Shown one piece after another: positions 62,848-64,000 of a stretch of 64,000 nucleotides of DNA. Numbering within the stretch: position 1 is the stretch's first letter; each line of letters opens with the position of its first letter. Position numbers and translations under genes: made by a program. A model generated the notes under the pieces. That model saw only the letters and a program-made list of their open reading frames with translations. It had not been told where the DNA came from and did no database searches. The stretch is from Azolla caroliniana (Eukaryota > Plantae > Polypodiophyta). The stretch covers positions 2,170,001-2,234,000 of the forward strand of contig JBHGNT010000013.1 in assembly GCA_043228905.1 (NCBI GenBank), given 5' to 3'.

Positions 62848-64000
62848 ATGGTACTGTCGGAAGAGGCACGCCAATGGATGAGGGAGAACGGGTTAAAAGG
62901 ATTGCTGCGGATCGCCGACGCTCCACCACACGCAGAACCAGAGCAGGCAGCAGCATCGATCGATATATCAGAAGTCACGGAAGGAGCGGTGCAGGCGCTC
63001 ACGGGGATCAAAGCAGGAGGACTTCAAACAATCGAAAACCCTTCCAGTGAAATCCTGTTTGAATATTTCGGGGAATACTCTATCAGCAGCAAGGCGTACC
63101 GAACGTAGGGCGGAGAGAACCTGCTGTTCGGAGAAGTGGCCCGCGCTATGATTGAATACGGATTCGTGAATCCCCGTCCCCCAGCCATAGCCAAATACCG
63201 GGCAGCATTCTTAATAGCAGCGTACGAGGGCTTACAAATAGACTGGCTCCATTTCATAACCGAAGGATTGAAGGAGGCCATCAGAAATCTTGTGGAAGGA
63301 AAAAAGGCATGGGCCGGGATAGCACAATGGCTAACGGTGTTAGTCCCACCGGTGCTCCCCATCACACAAAAGAAAAGAGGTCGGCAGGAGACGACGCCGA
63401 AAAAGGTCACAAAGCGCCGACAGATCTTGGAGAAACACACCCCCGGATGGACCCAGCAAGAAGCAGAACAGCAGGGGGAAGGACCATCCCGACAGCAACA
63501 GGAACCGGCAACAAAGGCAAAACCGGCAGGTAAAGGCAAAGGGAAAGCGGCCGAGGAGGAACCGGTAGCGCGCAAACCAATCCATATAACGCTGCGACGG
63601 CCGGAACCGGAACCAGAGGTCTCTATACAAAAGGTCCGTCTGGTAACCGCACCGGAGGAGGAAACTGAAACAGAAGACTCATCCGAACCATTGGTAAGAC
63701 TCCCAGCAAGACAAGGTCGGGAGAAACGGGCGAAAGGACCGGCTCCACCAGTGGACAGAACTCAGTAGAGGGCGCAAGGACCATCTCCAGTAGCCGAGGC
63801 GGAAACAACACCGGAACCCGTACCCAGGGAAGCAGCACCAACACCGGTTGGGCCGGACTTTAGAAAACCGGTCATCCCAGAGAAGAAGAAGGAACAAGCG
63901 CCGGAGCTAGAGCCAGAGAAGAGGCCGGAAAATCAGCCTGGCTTAAGTGAGCAAGGCCACCCCGACACCGGAAGAACAAAGCCACAATGGCTGAGATGGC
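62848..64000 (+). pseudogene. Extra sense ORF 3' of pol, unknown function, two in-frame TAG stops
   Basis: ORFs 62848-63108 and 63136-63768 share a frame, which continues to the window end. Globular N-terminal part (...LQIDWLHFITEGL...) followed by a P/E/K-rich region. Confidence 0.7.

Larger units (their letters stand above)
56178..64000 (+). mobile_element. Non-chromoviral Ty3/Gypsy copy 2, running off the window
   Basis: LTR part ending ...CAACA at 56527; PBS-like TGGCGACCAC at 56534 (tRNA-Arg type); gag from 56580; pol 58231-62373 with TGA stops ending at 60729 and 61206; extra 3' ORF. Confidence 0.93.

Overview
Plant nuclear DNA made almost entirely of nested, duplicated and deleted transposable elements. 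It is most likely from a moss, inferred from the element lineages and the plant-type tRNA gene. No host protein-coding gene is evident. Contents: several Tcn1-like chromoviral Ty3/Gypsy families with self-priming-type PBSs; tRNA-Trp-primed gag-only Gypsy derivatives; two copies of a non-chromoviral Gypsy, one with an extra 3' ORF; one intact young Ty1/Copia with apparently identical LTRs and a 5-bp TSD; one full-length decayed Copia; many fragments of a further Copia; a 5'-truncated RTE-type LINE; the end of a probable DNA transposon; and four tRNA-Pro(UGG) copies. A split TSD and long near-identical blocks indicate a ~42-44 kb tandem macro-repeat with a smaller internal array. The most unusual signal is a tRNA-like Pol III A-box/B-box module, seen nine times in five LTR sequence families from two Gypsy lineages. 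It has a constant 43-44 bp box spacing and always lies near the U3 end, antisense to the element and pointing outward. All comparisons were made by eye; lineage names are inferences.
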